Origin: Acidimicrobiia bacterium
GTDB taxonomy: Bacteria; Acidobacteriota; Vicinamibacteria; Vicinamibacterales; UBA2999
Reading direction: 5' to 3'
Length of the DNA: 64,000 nt
Assembly: GCA_016871255.1 (NCBI GenBank)
Contig: VFZH01000002.1
Coordinates: 851 to 64,850 of the forward strand
The translations under genes were made by a program, and so were the position numbers. This document shows, piece by piece, positions 63,481 through 64,000 of the stretch (position 1 is its first letter; every line of letters begins with the position of its first letter). The notes beneath the pieces are model-generated. The model was given only the letters and a program-made list of their open reading frames with translations. It was not told the DNA's origin and did not search any database.

Positions 63481-64000
63481 TCAGCCCTTGAGCAGATCCT
63501 TCGAGTTCGTCTTGACGTAGTCCGCGATCCGGAGGGCCAGTGTCTGCAGCGTGGAGGTGACCACGGCCGCGCCGGCCGACACGAAGATGCTGCCGTCGAT
63601 GACGAAGAGGTTGCGGACGTCGTGCGCCTGTCCCCACTTGTTCACCACCGACTTCGACGGGTCGTTCCCCATCTTCGCGGTGCCCATCAGGTGATAGGCG
63701 CCGCCCTCGGCCAGCGGGGCCGCGCGAGGGACGCCGCTGGCACCGGCGGCCATCATCGCGTCCGTCGTCCGATCGACGGCGAACTTGATCATCCTCTCCA
63801 GATTCTCGCTGCGCTTGAAGTGCAGCTTGATCCCGGGGACGCCGACCTCATCCGTGATCGACGAATCCAGCTCGAGGTAGTTCGTTTCCTGGGGGATCTC
63901 CTCGAAGAGGATCGACGTGCCCACGGTGTGCTTGTAGACCTCCTGGAACGCCGCGTGGTGCAGCCGGCCCCACTGGATGGGCCCCTCGCGCTTCACCTTC
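63481..64000 (-). CDS. GMC-family oxidoreductase, C-terminal part only (gene continues beyond the right edge)
   Basis: The GMC C-terminal domain is present: YHLMGTAKMGNDPSKSVVNKWGQAHDVRNLFVIDGSIFVSAGA. Confidence 0.8.
   Translation of the reverse strand, partial: KVKREGPIQWGRLHHAAFQEVYKHTVGTSILFEEIPQETNYLELDSSITDEVGVPGIKLHFKRSENLERMIKFAVDRTTDAMMAAGASGVPRAAPLAEGGAYHLMGTAKMGNDPSKSVVNKWGQAHDVRNLFVIDGSIFVSAGAAVVTSTLQTLALRIADYVKTNSKDLLKG

Overview
High-GC (about 70%) bacterial chromosomal window with compact, overlapping genes. The gene content (Oar-type CarboxypepD_reg TonB-dependent receptors, DUF1592/DUF1552 pairs) suggests a soil Acidobacteriota-like organism, but that is inference only.

Bases 1-26300 are ordinary housekeeping genes:
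- xerC (partial), trmFO, topA and dprA on the minus strand
- rplU-rpmA-obg-nadD-rsfS-comF on the plus strand
- tmk, lysA, an ECF sigma / STAS / small-ORF trio, lpxC, uvrA, an APC permease, an HNH endonuclease
- NlpC/P60, mtgA, an M48-LysM protease, and a DapA-family / class-V aminotransferase pair

Bases 26500-64000 are accessory and almost entirely encode exported proteins:
- an S8 protease ending in ten 18-bp (hexapeptide) tandem repeats
- a membrane HD-GYP/GAF protein followed by a TPR-type sigma-54 activator, both sitting in a patchy low-GC mosaic
- two paralogous Oar-like TonB-dependent receptors bracketing or adjoining a set of secreted enzymes: an MBL-fold protein with its His ligands lost, a PQQ-like propeller, an NTF2-like protein, a CxxCH/CarboxypepD_reg protein, a tandem VOC protein, a cyclase-family protein, and two tandem PAL-like NHL propellers
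- two mirror-image paralogous DUF1592 (two CxxCH each) / DUF1552 (Tat-like signal) pairs with secreted ankyrin proteins alongside. I rank this as the best candidate for an undescribed system.
- a Tat-signal subunit plus a GMC oxidoreductase at the right edge

I found no rRNA, tRNA, CRISPR array, transposase or phage genes. Noncoding features are a REP-like hairpin family with a compensatory stem change, several intrinsic terminators, a 161-bp long-stem inverted repeat, promoter candidates whose geometry implies near-leaderless mRNAs, and two weak sigma-54-like sites.

All family assignments come from motif recognition by eye. No searches were run. Many long ORFs in the supplied track are antisense or upstream-extension artefacts of high GC and are not reported as genes.
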